Position numbers and translations under genes: made by a program. From Lingula anatina (taxonomy: Eukaryota > Animalia > Brachiopoda), in assembly GCA_051362555.1 (NCBI GenBank), contig CM120645.1:4774001-4838000 (forward strand): 64,000 bases of DNA, in the 5' to 3' direction. Below, in pieces: positions 1-11,064 of this stretch. Position 1 is the stretch's first letter. Each line of letters starts with the position of its first letter. The notes under the pieces were generated by a model. The model searched no databases, was not told the origin of the DNA, and saw only the letters and a program-made list of their open reading frames with translations.

Positions 1-1190
1 TCTTTGTAGTTTCGCTGAATGAAGGTAGCATTGATGATATTACTGACCACTGGGCTTGCGGACATGTTTTTCATCTTCTGTTTCCCTGCCTCCTCAATTA
101 ACTTCAAGGCTAGCTCATGAAGATTTTGGCATGCATTCAAACTAAGACGCTCATTTCTACTTCCTTGGTTGTCTTGTTTTCTACTAAGTAACTGCTCAAG
201 GATTTCTTTGGCTACAATGACATGGTTTATTCTCCAGCAATAATTTTTTTCTTCAATGATAAACTGGCTGGCTGAATGGCTATGCAGAGAGTTAAGGGTT
301 ACTTGCTCACATTCTGAAACATTGAGCAGTTTGGCAAAGAATTGAGCAGGGACAGGAACATGGCCATAGAAGTAAGCTAAGGCTAGAAAACCCAAAACAT
401 ACTGCCATGGCTTAAGGTCTCCTGAATAAGGAATTTGGAGATAACCCTTAACATATCTTTGAATGCCAACATATTCTTCTGCATACACGGTAATTCCAAA
501 TTCCCAAACATAGTGGACTTCTCTTTCTTTCACCTCATGGACAAGCTCTTGGAGTTTAGATCTTTTATCAGCACCTTTACAAAAGGTGGAAAAAGCCACA
601 TAAAATCTTGGTGCCTCATCTATTGCAACCTTTCCAGAAAGCCAAATCTGATCTAACCTGTTCCTTTTGCAGTTGAGGTCAATTGGTTGATTATAACGCT
701 GCACACAGAGAACAATCACCCTCACCTGTAGACAAAGATCGAAAATCTTGTGAATTTGTGTGATATCTTTACCATCAATCAAGACCACAACAGGGAGATG
801 GGTGTGCAAATAAAGCCACTCAATGCGACTGAACACACTGCTTGCATTCAACAGGGGAGATGACACATAGACACAAGCACACATCTCATCACAGTGTAAA
901 TCCCAAAGAGCTCTCATACCAAGTGTGGTACCCCCAGAGCCAGGCTCATGGTTCAGACTTATGAGAGCAGACTTTCCCTTCTCAACAAAAAATCTTATAG
1001 TTTTCAACAGATATGGAAGGACATCCCGTCTTGCATCGTAACAGCCAATGTTCAACTCATCCCAAGATATCTGCCCTCCACGTAGAAACTGTTCACCATC
1101 TTCAGTATCATCGCCCTTTGCGTAGATTTTTTTGTCCTTTGACAAGTAAAGAACATCCAGCTCTGCATCTAGCCATGCTGCATCTTCTGG
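1..1190 (-). CDS. SAMD9: SAMD9-like NTPase half (frame after the frameshift), open to window edge
   Basis: Manual translation gives ~396 stop-free codons: PEDAAWLDAELDVLYL...EQFLRGGQISWDEL...DARRD...LISLNHEPGSGGTTLGMRALWDLH (Walker A, cf. SAMD9 HPGCGGTT)...LPVVVLIDG (Walker B)...WEFGITVY...WRINHVIVAKEILEQL. Absent from the ORF track. Confidence 0.9.
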
Positions 1191-4100
1191 CTATGGTAAG
1201 ATGGGGGCCACACCCTTCAGCATCTTCATGAGGCAATTGAAAGGCTTCTGCCTGTCCAGGTATTTGAAGACCATAAATGCTTTCTATTTCAAAACAGATC
1301 CTTTCCAATGAAATAATTATTGGATCAATTTCTAAATCTGAGCACAATGACTTTAAATGCTGCATCTCAGTAGGATTATCTGGTAAAGATGGAATACAGA
1401 ATGCAACTTTCAAAGAGTTGACATTTTCATCGAGCTTTATCATAAATCGTTTAAGATGCCCAAGACTTTGATCAACCCCATACCATAGTATAACAGCAGT
1501 CAAAACCCTGCTGCTGTTGCAATACTCAGCAATCTGAATGCAATGTTCGTCAACCATGGGACCTGCTCTCTTAATCCAAGACCTTGGATCATCAAGCATC
1601 TCATGACAGTTATGATACCCTCTTGGGAAGAACCAATTAACTGACCTTGGCCCGAGGTTACCAGGTTGATCTTGCCAGGTGGAAATTTCCAAGTACCTTG
1701 CTGTTTTCAAAAGAGGCTCACAAACACTGAAAGTACCATTTTCCCTACTCATGGTATCAAAATCAACAACTTTGAACCATGGGATACTTGTTAAAGCCTG
1801 CAAATGCCTTGTATCATGCTTACATTGGCCAACAATGAGTAAAAACTGCTGGTAATCTTTGAACATATCAACCTTATCCAGAAACTTCTGCAGTGCATCA
1901 TCTCTCAATGAACGTGGTTTACCTTGACCTTTAACAACCTCACTATAGGGGGTAGGCTTTTGAAACCATTTGTACACACTGTCATGGTGTTTAACAGATA
2001 GTATTTGATTTGATGCACCACGTCTACCCCAAATTTCCCTCATATTCCATCTACCCTCCCTATGCCACTGCTCTGCCACACAAGGTCCCTCCATTCCTTG
2101 TGAAGGAGAAATGATAACTATTCCAAACAACATTCTATTGTACTCATGTTGAATGTATCGAAACTTTGGCCGAGAAGTGAAGTACTCATCAAGGAACAAA
2201 TTTTGATAATCTGCATCTATTCTACCATCACTGATGCCAATCAATTTATGGGGTGGATGAGAACACTTTTCTATTCCAATTATTATGTAGGCATTGCCTT
2301 CTCTGCCTGGTGTATTCCAAAAAGACACAACATCCTCCATAAAAGAAGCCTTCCCCTTATCTCTACAGAAATATACTTCATCAGAAGGTTTAAATTCAAG
2401 ATGTTCAGAGGCAGAACTTTTCAGGCACAAAGACTCAAAAATTTTGTTTGACATTTCTGTTTCATATACTTGTTCACTTTCAGTTGATTGTTTTAGCATA
2501 GGGAACTGAGTACCTAAAGTCTTGTTATCACGTTTTTTCCTCTGTATCTTTTGCCAGTATTGTTGTTGTCCATATTCTGACCCTACAAGTGTGACCTCAG
2601 AATCAGTTCTCTGAGGCAATCCCTTTGAAGAAGAAAGAAAATGTAAAGGAGTGTTGTCCCTAGAAGTCAAATCGCTGGGACAAGTGACAAAAGAGTCCAA
2701 TTCAGAGAGATCAGAATCAGAACACAATGCTGCATCGTCAAAGCATGACTCTTCTTTCAGATCTTCATTTTCAGTATCTGAAATAGGCAAGCTGACCACT
2801 TGTTCAACTATCTCAATACCCTTTGAATTTTTCCTCAAATCAAAATATGGACTTTTATCTAAGAATCTTTGAAGAGGGCCTACCCCAAACTGTTTGAAGC
2901 CCCCTTTCCGACGGACTGCATCCAGTATCTCCTCATAAGGCTTGGAATAGGTTCTATTGTAGTTCAAAGGGTTGATCAATCCATTAAGAAATTCTACTGC
3001 TTTTTGTTCCTTGGTTTTAGCTTTTTCATCTTTTCTGATGAATTTCCTGCTGCTTTCTGGAAGTAAGGGGAATATAACGGGGAAGTTTATTTGAGGAGAT
3101 TTATCAAATTTGGCAATACTGGTTATGGTAAAGTCTTGAAAAATTCGTCGGCAGACGCTTTTCCGCCGACGTAATTTTTTTCACTTTGAAAACTTCGTCA
3201 ACCTTGAAAATGAGGTATTCGATAATTGTCAGGGTTTTGTTTGGGTAAGATCATCAGAGGGGGATCGTTCGCGATCCGAGAGAGACGGGAAGGCAGTTTT
3301 CATGTCTTCATCAGGAGATCTTTCACGATGTAAGGAAATATAAAATCCAATTCTCTTATTAGTTCACAGGACTCAGAAACTTTGTTCGTGGAAGATTATC
3401 AGTGGGAGATCATTATTTTATCCCCCCCCCCCTTTAAATTTTTAAAAATAATTTATATTTCTTCATCTTATCTTTAACCACCCCCTTCCTCCCCCGCTCA
3501 CGGCATATCTTGAGCGTTGCCAAGTGCGTAATTTGTTACATAGGCCACGACCAGTTTATAATGCAAGGTTGCAATTAGGCTTATCTTGATCCCTCTCCTC
3601 TATCAGGAGGTATGTTTGTTACCGACAAGACAATTCTCAACGAGTAAATTAATATAACTTTATCGAGATGCACTAATAAAAAGATTATTATTAACCACCA
3701 GAAAATGACTTGAGAAGTAGTGATAAATATCCCACAATATATGACGGACAAGGATAAAAGCCGGTAAGGAGTCGGGGAGACGTAATTTTGAAAAATTTGT
3801 CTGATTTACGCAAATGAAAATTTTTATTAATTTTCAAGCGACGAAATTTTCAAGATTTTATTACCATATATCATTATGATCCATTAACAGGGGCGTAACC
3901 AGACCTTTTAAAATTGTACACACATATTTTCAAAATGCCCAAGTACAGCTAAATATAGACTTATGCAACAGATGAAGGGCAGTTTAAATTATTAGAGGTG
4001 GCAAAGACTTCATTTGGGGCAGTTTAAATTATTAAAGGTGGCAAAGACTTCATTTGTGACTAGTCAAGTGATCATATATGAAGAGGTGAATGTCAAATGT

Positions 4101-7100
4101 GTAGTTGATAGTTGTTAATATAGAAAAATATGTTTATAACCTGGTCATCCAAAAAATACTAAAAGGCACTCAGGTAATTATCAGTAAATTAAACATTCTT
4201 TTTTAATAACTGTACCTTTTTCCATAATAACTTAGGCAGAATGAATGCACTTTTGAGTAGTGGTGATTTTAATCTTATAATTCTTATCTAGGTATATGTA
4301 TATAAGGCCACACTTTTTTATTTTTATGGATGACATCCTCTGGGGACCCTGAAATCGGTGTGAGAAGGAAAAAAAACTGATTAAGTAAAGGAATGCTGTC
4401 AGTACACAGCTGGAAACACAAATTTACCACAGAAACACGTATCAAACTAACAATATGTCTTTATACATGCTCTCAAAATATTAAATCATTGTGAATACCT
4501 CGTAAAAGGTAAAAAAGTCATGAATAGATATGCTGCATATTACCAAATCTATTTAAGGTTATTTCAGGCATTTTGTTGGTATAGCAATCAGTAAAACAAA
4601 TATCAAACAAACAGCGTATCTTTATTTGTACTCTCAGAATATTAAAGCATTATGATCACTTCACAGAAATGTTAAAAAAATGATGTAAAGATATGCTTAA
4701 TACTACCAAATCTATTAAAGGTCATTTCGGTCGACGACATTTTGTCTATTTCGACTCACACGAAGCAGCCAAACTGTCAGGTGGCCTGTCCTACCTTCAG
4801 CCCACCAAATACCTCGACGCCCTTGTTGCCCCTTTTTTCGCTACAAAAAACTGGATTTGGGCAGAATGTCACTGAAATGTTCCAGGCGATAATCGTTGGC
4901 CACCGCCAGCCTTTCGTATAATTGTAAAGGTGATATCTCCATGCCCAATATCAATGGCATACCAATCCAAAACGACGGCCCCTGTTCTCATTATGACTTT
5001 AATTGTCATGTAATTTGAAAGTAATCCTAGAGATAATGACCTTTGCGACAAACGACTTTGTTGGGGGTGACTTTTTTTTCAGAGAACGGATGAAAATCGG
5101 TGCGCGCGCAGGATGTCATCCATAAAAATAAACAAGGCAGCAAAGCTGTCAAATGTACAGACAAAAAGCAGGAAATAACTATGCACAAAATAGGCTACTG
5201 TCAATTCTGATGCAAAAGTACATTATGTTAAACTGTAAATTCAACATCAAATTTTAATTATGCTCAACAGGTAATACCAATGAAAGTAAAATGTGTAACA
5301 AGCATAAGGCTTCAGGCCCATGAGAGTTCAAGTTCACACTTTGAAAATGTATAACTTCCAGAAAAAGAAGCCAATTAGACTGCTTTTCCAACTCAGGCTG
5401 CATGCCGATTTTCGAACTTGACCTCCGTTTTAGTAAGATCGATTATTCCTGAGAGTTTCACGACAACAGGCCTATCGGTTTTCCTTGAAATGTGTTTACA
5501 GAGTTGCATATATGTTGAAAAGTGAAAGAAAATAGCATAACTTCTACAATAATGGCCCGATCATCCTGATTTTCGAACTTGACCTGCGTTTTATGAATAT
5601 TCATCAGCTCTTTAAATATAAAGCCCAAAAGTAAAACTGCCTTCCACTTATCGTGTTTACAATGAGGTGCAAGGTGCCGGCAACGGCGATGACGGCGACG
5701 ACAGACGCAGGTGATGGCAATATGTACAGACACATCTGTACATATTTACTGTACTGTTTGAGAACAGTAAGTGACATGGTTTTTCTTAAATGGTCATCAT
5801 GGGAGCAGTGCCCAAAATAGGTTTTTTTCAAATTTTGATGCAATATTACATAATGTTTAACAGCATAATGACCATCAATTTTTAAGAATAAAATATTAGT
5901 ATCATGGATATTCAGAAAATGTGACTAGCAAAGGTCTTCAGGCCCATGGAACTTCAAAGCCACAACTTGAAAATGCCAAAATGTAAACAAGACAGCACTG
6001 TTCTGAAATGGGTTTATTTCCATTTTTAACAATTTTTAACATAAAACGAAATTAACAGTTTACTGCCATTTTTATATGATCAACTAAGAAAATTGATGAG
6101 ATTGGAAAAATATCAATAGAATAGTGTTAAATGTCCAATTTCTTCCATTCTGAGATTCTGAACATAGTGAATGATTCAATCTGACAAACTGCAATGATAT
6201 GAGTTTATTTCCATTTTTGAAACTTTATTACACAATACATGATAACAAGTTTACCATCATTTTTACAAAATCAACTAACAATGTTGTAAAGATTCAGGAA
6301 ATGTCAAACAAACACTTTTACGTATCTTATTAGTTTAATAATGAGACTGTTAACATGCCTAAGAATTGAATCTGAGGAAATGTGAAAAATATGCTGAAAA
6401 GTGAAAAAACAACATAACTTCTACAATAATGGCCCGATCATGCTGATTTTCGAACTTGACCTGCGTTTTATGAATATTCATCAGCTCTGTAAATATAAAG
6501 TCAAAAAGTAAAACTGCCCTCCACTTATCGTGTTTACAAGGAAAGTGCGCGGCGCCGGCATCGGCATCGGCATCGCCATCGCCATCGGCGACGACAGACG
6601 CAGGTGATGGCAATATGTACAGACACATCTGTGTCTGTACATAAAAAGTGTGGCCTAATCATGGTATTTAAGAAAATCACTTTGCTGCCTTAATATAGGT
6701 GAATATCTTATGAATACAAATAAATTGGTAAATGTTAACAGTTATTTAATAAACTACATATAACTTACGTTTTGCTGGGTGTTCTATGATCTGCTGGTTG
6801 TGGTCTCCAATAACAACATTGCTGCTTGTAATGTTTATCACATTGGTCACATGTTTTTCTGAAAAACGAGGAAATGTTAACCTTTTTTATTACAACATGC
6901 AGAGTAGACACATTTATATGGAAAAAAAAGGACACCACCTCCAGTGCTGTGCTGACAAGCTCTACAAAATGCAATAAATGAAGGTTCTCAATTTTTCATA
7001 GAAATTTACAAAACCGTGGGGAAAAGTACATGTAAAGGGCCAAATCCAAGGTTGCAGTATAAGATTGTGAATGTAAGACATCCCATAGTAAATATACAAA

Positions 7101-9062
7101 CTTGAAAATTTGTTAAGTGTAGATGAAAAGCAGGTCAAAGGTCAAATTCAAGGTTATAGTAAGATTGCCAAAATATACGACTCTCTATTCATGCACTCTC
7201 TAAATGATTTACAATTGTATCCAAACATTCTGTTAAGTTAATATTGAATAATGTCAGAACTATACCTTTACTGGGTGTAGATACTGTTATAGGTGTGAAC
7301 CTCCTTTCTGCTGCCGATGGAGGAATCAAAGGCTGCGGATCTCCTACACTCATTGATGAAGATACAGTAGTGTTTTCTGGTGGATTCCAAACCACTGTTT
7401 AATGGACAAAATTACATTCAGTACACGTTTTTAAAAATGTAAATAACAAGACACAACAAACTCTGCACGAAGACTTCTGCAATCAAAACCAGCCAACCTC
7501 CAAACTGACTAGCTCAGAGAAATACACTGCTTGGGCTGGCTCATTGAAAACGACATTCTTAAAGCAAAGTGAGGATCAAATTCAAGGACTTTTGAGGCTC
7601 CAATAAGTGCCTTTCAAGGGAAAATAATTGTCATTTATAAGGGTTTATTTTATCACTAAATGCTTACTAATTTCTTCAAGTACCCATTTGCTCTGACATT
7701 TAATCGAACCATAATCAACATTAATCAAATTATATTTATATAGACAAATTTCAAGTCCTTCATTTTGATAGTAAAATGGCAACAAACTAATTAACGTTCA
7801 TCAACGATTTTATTTCAACCACATAAAACAATATTATCTTTCGTATATGAGTAGGCTCAACTTTTCAATACTTTTTAACCTTATCACCTACTGTAGTTCT
7901 CTTTCTAACAATTCCACATTAACTTTTAGCTTGGGTTGTGTTTTTTGTTGTTTTTTTTTGGACTCCTTTTGTTCAGGCTTTCATAAGAAAGAATGGCACA
8001 GTAATCCTGTATGCTCTTCCACATTTGCAGAAAATAGTCACTTTTATGACAATGCAAAATACACCAAATCATAACATTTCTCATATTCAGTGATCCATAT
8101 TTTTCCTTATGTACAAAGCATGCAGAACTTACTTGGAATGGAAGCACTCTCTTCTTCCAATTGTTGTCCAATATCAGCAAGTCCACTCTGTCGTAATGCC
8201 TCACAAAGAGCATTAAATGCTTGATCATTTTTCTGTGTGAGTAAAGTGAGCAAAACTTCATTCTTTTCCATGGGCGTAGCTTCTGGGCTGTATTCTACTT
8301 CTTTCAAATCTTTCTCGTCAATTACATCTTTCTCTATAAGGGCTTTGCATAACTGTTCATTGTTTGCATTCCTAATGATCTTTTTGCTATACTTTTGAAG
8401 CAAGCGTTCCAGCTCAACTCTCATTCCTGGGAGAGAGAGAGGAAAAATCTGAATATATATATATAATAACAAGTTTTACAACTTTCAATAATTAAGTTAC
8501 TAGCAACTGCTTAAGAGCTTAAATATGTCTCTATAAATTAATTTTTTTGCTTTAATACAGTGACTTCAGAATGTACACATATAATCTGAAAATATCTAAA
8601 TTTAATCTTACCACTCTTAGCTCTTGGTTTGGGTTGCCTTTCAGATTGTTTGCTAGCTGTTGAACTTGATGATGCTGAAGAATCATTGTCAGAGAGGGAA
8701 GACAATCTGTTCCTAGAGCCTGGCAAATAAAGAAATATTGTTATCAAGTTATATTAAGTTATATACCTACTGGTATATTACAATTTTTCAAAATATGAAT
8801 AATGGATTTCTACATGCACACCTGACAACGGCCATTATCCCCATTCTCTAACAACTTCATTGGCTACTTATAAGAGCATGGATTCTTTTTTAACTTTCAA
8901 GTCCTTTTTTAGAACATGGCACTGCCATATATTTATGTGAACTTCTGACCTGAACAAGGGAATGCTTCAGTGAATAAATAAATAAATTCCATGATCCAGA
9001 AAGTAATAGCTATATTATAATTATAAATAATATCTTCTAAAGGCTGGTATGTTACTTTATTC

Positions 9063-9117
<55 letters not shown>

Positions 9118-11064
9118 TTTCATATTGTCAGTGACATTTTTGATAGTGTTTTAAATAATTCACATTTTGTAAGGCAATAATTTATTATAATAACTATTAT
9201 CATAATTAATATGTGATTACCTTTCCTTTTTTTGCCACCTTTGGCTCCACCTCCTAGTCCAGTTTTCCTCTGGGCATTAGCATTCTGAGGAATTTGTTGA
9301 TCTGCCATCGTTAAGACAAAATTAATCTGAAGACAAAAAAGTCTTTCATGTTATCCAATACAAAAACGACGTTTTCCAGTGTCTGTAAAGTATATTGATT
9401 GAGCCAATAGCTTTGAAATACATTATTGGAACATGGGCAAAATCAAATTATGAATAATTTACTATAACATGCACCTAAACAGGATTCCAATGTCTGCGCT
9501 TGTGTGAAAAGCATACCATTTGGCATGGTGGTTCTGCGATTTGACCTTGCTGTGAGCAGGGAATTATATTGTATAGGTAATTACAATATAATATACGATT
9601 TAATTCCCTGCTGTGAGTGATGGACTGAAGGTTTCAGGACATATATATACAGTATTTAAGGGCATGTAGAATTTTCTTTTGCTCTAAAATCCGGTATACT
9701 GGAAGCGAATGACATTTTGTTCAAAAAGATTTCAGGAATTTTGTTATGAAATTTGTAGAATGGGCTCAATCAAAATACTTCTTGTTTATTATTGGAAACT
9801 TCAGTAATAATAAATATATTAACATATCATAAGAAAACCATGGTTTTTGGCCTATTTATTAGCTAAATTGATATTCTGTAGAATTTATAGGCTAAAAATG
9901 CCAGGGACTGTCTGGTTGACTTGGTTCTCATATTGAGGTACTCTTTTGTGCTCCTTGATCCCCCTTCTTAGTCTAACATACATGTAAAGTGAAATGCACT
10001 TTTCCTATCCCATATTACAAACTTTACCAGCCTGGGATAGCGCTAACACTCACCAATTTAATCAAAAGCTGAAACTGACTTCGACTGTCTAAACAAAATG
10101 TGGTTGATTTGACTTGTAATGAAAAAAGTAGTGATTTGGCTAAGTGAAAAAAATGCTAGTGCTACCCCAGTCAGCAAGTAACAAACCTTTTTCCTTGCAA
10201 GCATATACAGTTGCACATCAATTGGCCATGCACGTATACATCCCGATACTGCTTCAACGGTTGTAAGAGAAAAATTTTGCAGCCTTCTCCCATTATCTAA
10301 ACTTCTGCCAAATCAACATACTGAGACAGTCCTTTATATATAACTGCATGCATTTCCCTTGGACAGCATCTCTGAAACAACATCAAGCATTATAGTAATA
10401 TTTGATAAAAATATGTGGCAAAGTCATATTTTGTATATGCACTGGGCCACTGGCACATACCCCTACTAAATATATACATATACTGCCACATGTAGTGGGC
10501 ATCTTTCCCAATTCGTACGTAGAGGGTGACACCCCCCCCCCCCTAAAAAAAAAAAAATAATAATAAGTAAATAAAACAAATAAAATTGTATCTTTTAAAT
10601 CCTACAAAGGTCCATCAAGTGTACCTACTGAAACATACAGAAAGATATGAGTTTATTTGTGAGTAACAGACAACTACTTTTAAAAAGAAATTCGAGTTGC
10701 CGGGAAAATTCCAGATCCAGACAGAAAACGTTAAAAAAAATATATCCGGTTTCGCTTTTATCAAGGCCCACCATTTAGATCTAATGATTTACAATTGTAT
10801 CCAAACATTCTGTTAAGGTAATATTAAATACTTTCAATTTGAATTAAAGCAATAAAGAAATGTTTTGGTTTTCAAGGCCGTTCTACATTTCAATACTTTT
10901 CAGTACAAACAACTACCCTGTACATGTATACTTCCTTTTCGTGACGGTTACCGTGCTAACTATCTACAGCTGTTGTTGAATCCTACTCCAAAAATACAAT
11001 CTTGGCACTAGACTGACTAGTACTACACATTTAAAAGATGTTTTTCAAAACATGAACATACCAT
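1..11064 (-). CDS. SAMD9: SAMD9/SAMD9L-family STAND NTPase immune gene (CARD-[LOTUS-like]-AlbA_2-SIR2-like-NTPase), spliced, 3' end outside window, one frameshift at ~1191
   Basis: Exons 11064-11062 (ATG|GTATGT), 9326-9221, 8719-8612, 8426-8133, 7394-7266 and 3056-<1 join in frame through canonical GT-AG sites. Motifs HLEFKP/GNAYIIIGI, IPWFKVVDFD, FLRGGQISW, HEPGSGGTT and PVVVLIDG occur in SAMD9 order. The symbol denotes the family, not proven orthology. Confidence 0.85.
1191..3056 (-). CDS. SAMD9: SAMD9-like large exon, 5' part: LOTUS-like, AlbA_2 (Schlafen-like) and SIR2-like domains
   Basis: ORF 1108..2979 extends upstream to acceptor ttccccttacttccAG|AAAGC at 3056. AlbA_2 motifs EHLEFK, SFWNT, AYIIIGI; SIR2-like motifs FLLIVG, WFKVVDFD, NWFFPRG. 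Confidence 0.9.
3124..3868. mobile_element. Non-autonomous DNA transposon-like element with imperfect ~27-bp TIRs
   Basis: Left end tatggtaaagtcttgaaaaattcgtcg is the near reverse complement of right end cgacgaaattttcaagattttattaccata; CpG-richer than flanks; TA at both ends. Confidence 0.5.
3977..4056. repeat. 40-bp direct tandem duplication
   Basis: gggcagtttaaattatta(g/a)aggtggcaaagacttcattt present twice in tandem. Confidence 0.9.
4306..6655. mobile_element. PIF/Harbinger-type non-autonomous element (~0.83 kb), right TIR interrupted by a HINE
   Basis: Left TIR ggccacacttttttatttttatggatgacatcct. Right TIR is split into aggatgtcatccataaaaataaa (5110-5132) and aaagtgtggcc (to 6655). TAA TSD at 4303-4305 and 6656-6658. 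Internal ~160-bp diverged tandem duplication (~4460-4730). Confidence 0.75.
5133..6644 (-). mobile_element. Helentron-associated non-autonomous element (HINE/DINE-1-like), copy 1
   Basis: Reverse complement of 20147-21938: T-run plus subTIR atgtacagaca, adjacent inverted repeat, (gccgat/gccgtc)n microsatellite, core repeat, 3' subTIR tgtctgtacat plus hairpin gacagctttgctgcc; inserted in a T-tract. Confidence 0.85.
7266..7394 (-). CDS. SAMD9-like gene linker exon (Ser/Pro/Thr-rich), phase 1-1
   Basis: Acceptor aaacAG|TGGTT and donor AAAG|GTATAG (alternative phase-1 donor 6 nt earlier); VWNPPENTTVSSSMSVGDPQPLIPPSAAERRFTPITVSTPSK; preserves frame between the CARD exon and the large exon. Confidence 0.7.
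8133..8426 (-). CDS. CARD (death-fold) domain exon of the SAMD9-like gene, phase 1-1
   Basis: Acceptor tctctctcccAG, donor A|GTAAGT; ELERLLQKYSKKIIRN...LCKALIEKDVIDEKDLKEV...TPMEKNEVLLTLLTQKNDQAFNALCEALRQSGLADIGQQLEE fits the six-helix CARD pattern. Confidence 0.85.
8612..8719 (-). CDS. SAMD9-like gene Ser-rich exon, phase 1-1
   Basis: Acceptor tatttgccAG, donor G|GTAAGA; GSRNRLSSLSDNDSSASSSSTASKQSERQPKPRAKS; 108 nt. Confidence 0.75.
9068..9114. repeat. (TA)n microsatellite
   Basis: Perfect dinucleotide run. Confidence 0.95.
9221..9326 (-). CDS. SAMD9-like gene exon 2 (N-terminus INFVLTMADQQIPQNANAQRKTGLGGGAKGGKKRK)
   Basis: Acceptor ttttttgtcttcAG, in-frame ATG at 9308, donor AAAG|GTAATC (phase 1); basic KKRK cluster. 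Confidence 0.75.
10032..10170. mobile_element. Possible small degenerate MITE
   Basis: ctgggatagcgctaaca versus reverse complement of tgctagtgctaccccag (14/17 match), ~140 bp apart. Confidence 0.35.

Noticed and set aside
1125-1140. A7 run as a programmed ribosomal frameshift site rescuing the SAMD9-like ORF
   Set aside because: SAMD9-like sequence in the +1 frame begins ~55 nt upstream (PEDAAWLDAELDVLY), so the lesion is a DNA indel at ~1191; no stimulatory structure is evident.
1-3056. Prokaryotic Avs/defence operon or recent horizontal transfer
   Set aside because: The gene is spliced to upstream GT-AG exons, sits among metazoan repeats and matches host composition; a single large exon is normal for SAMD9.
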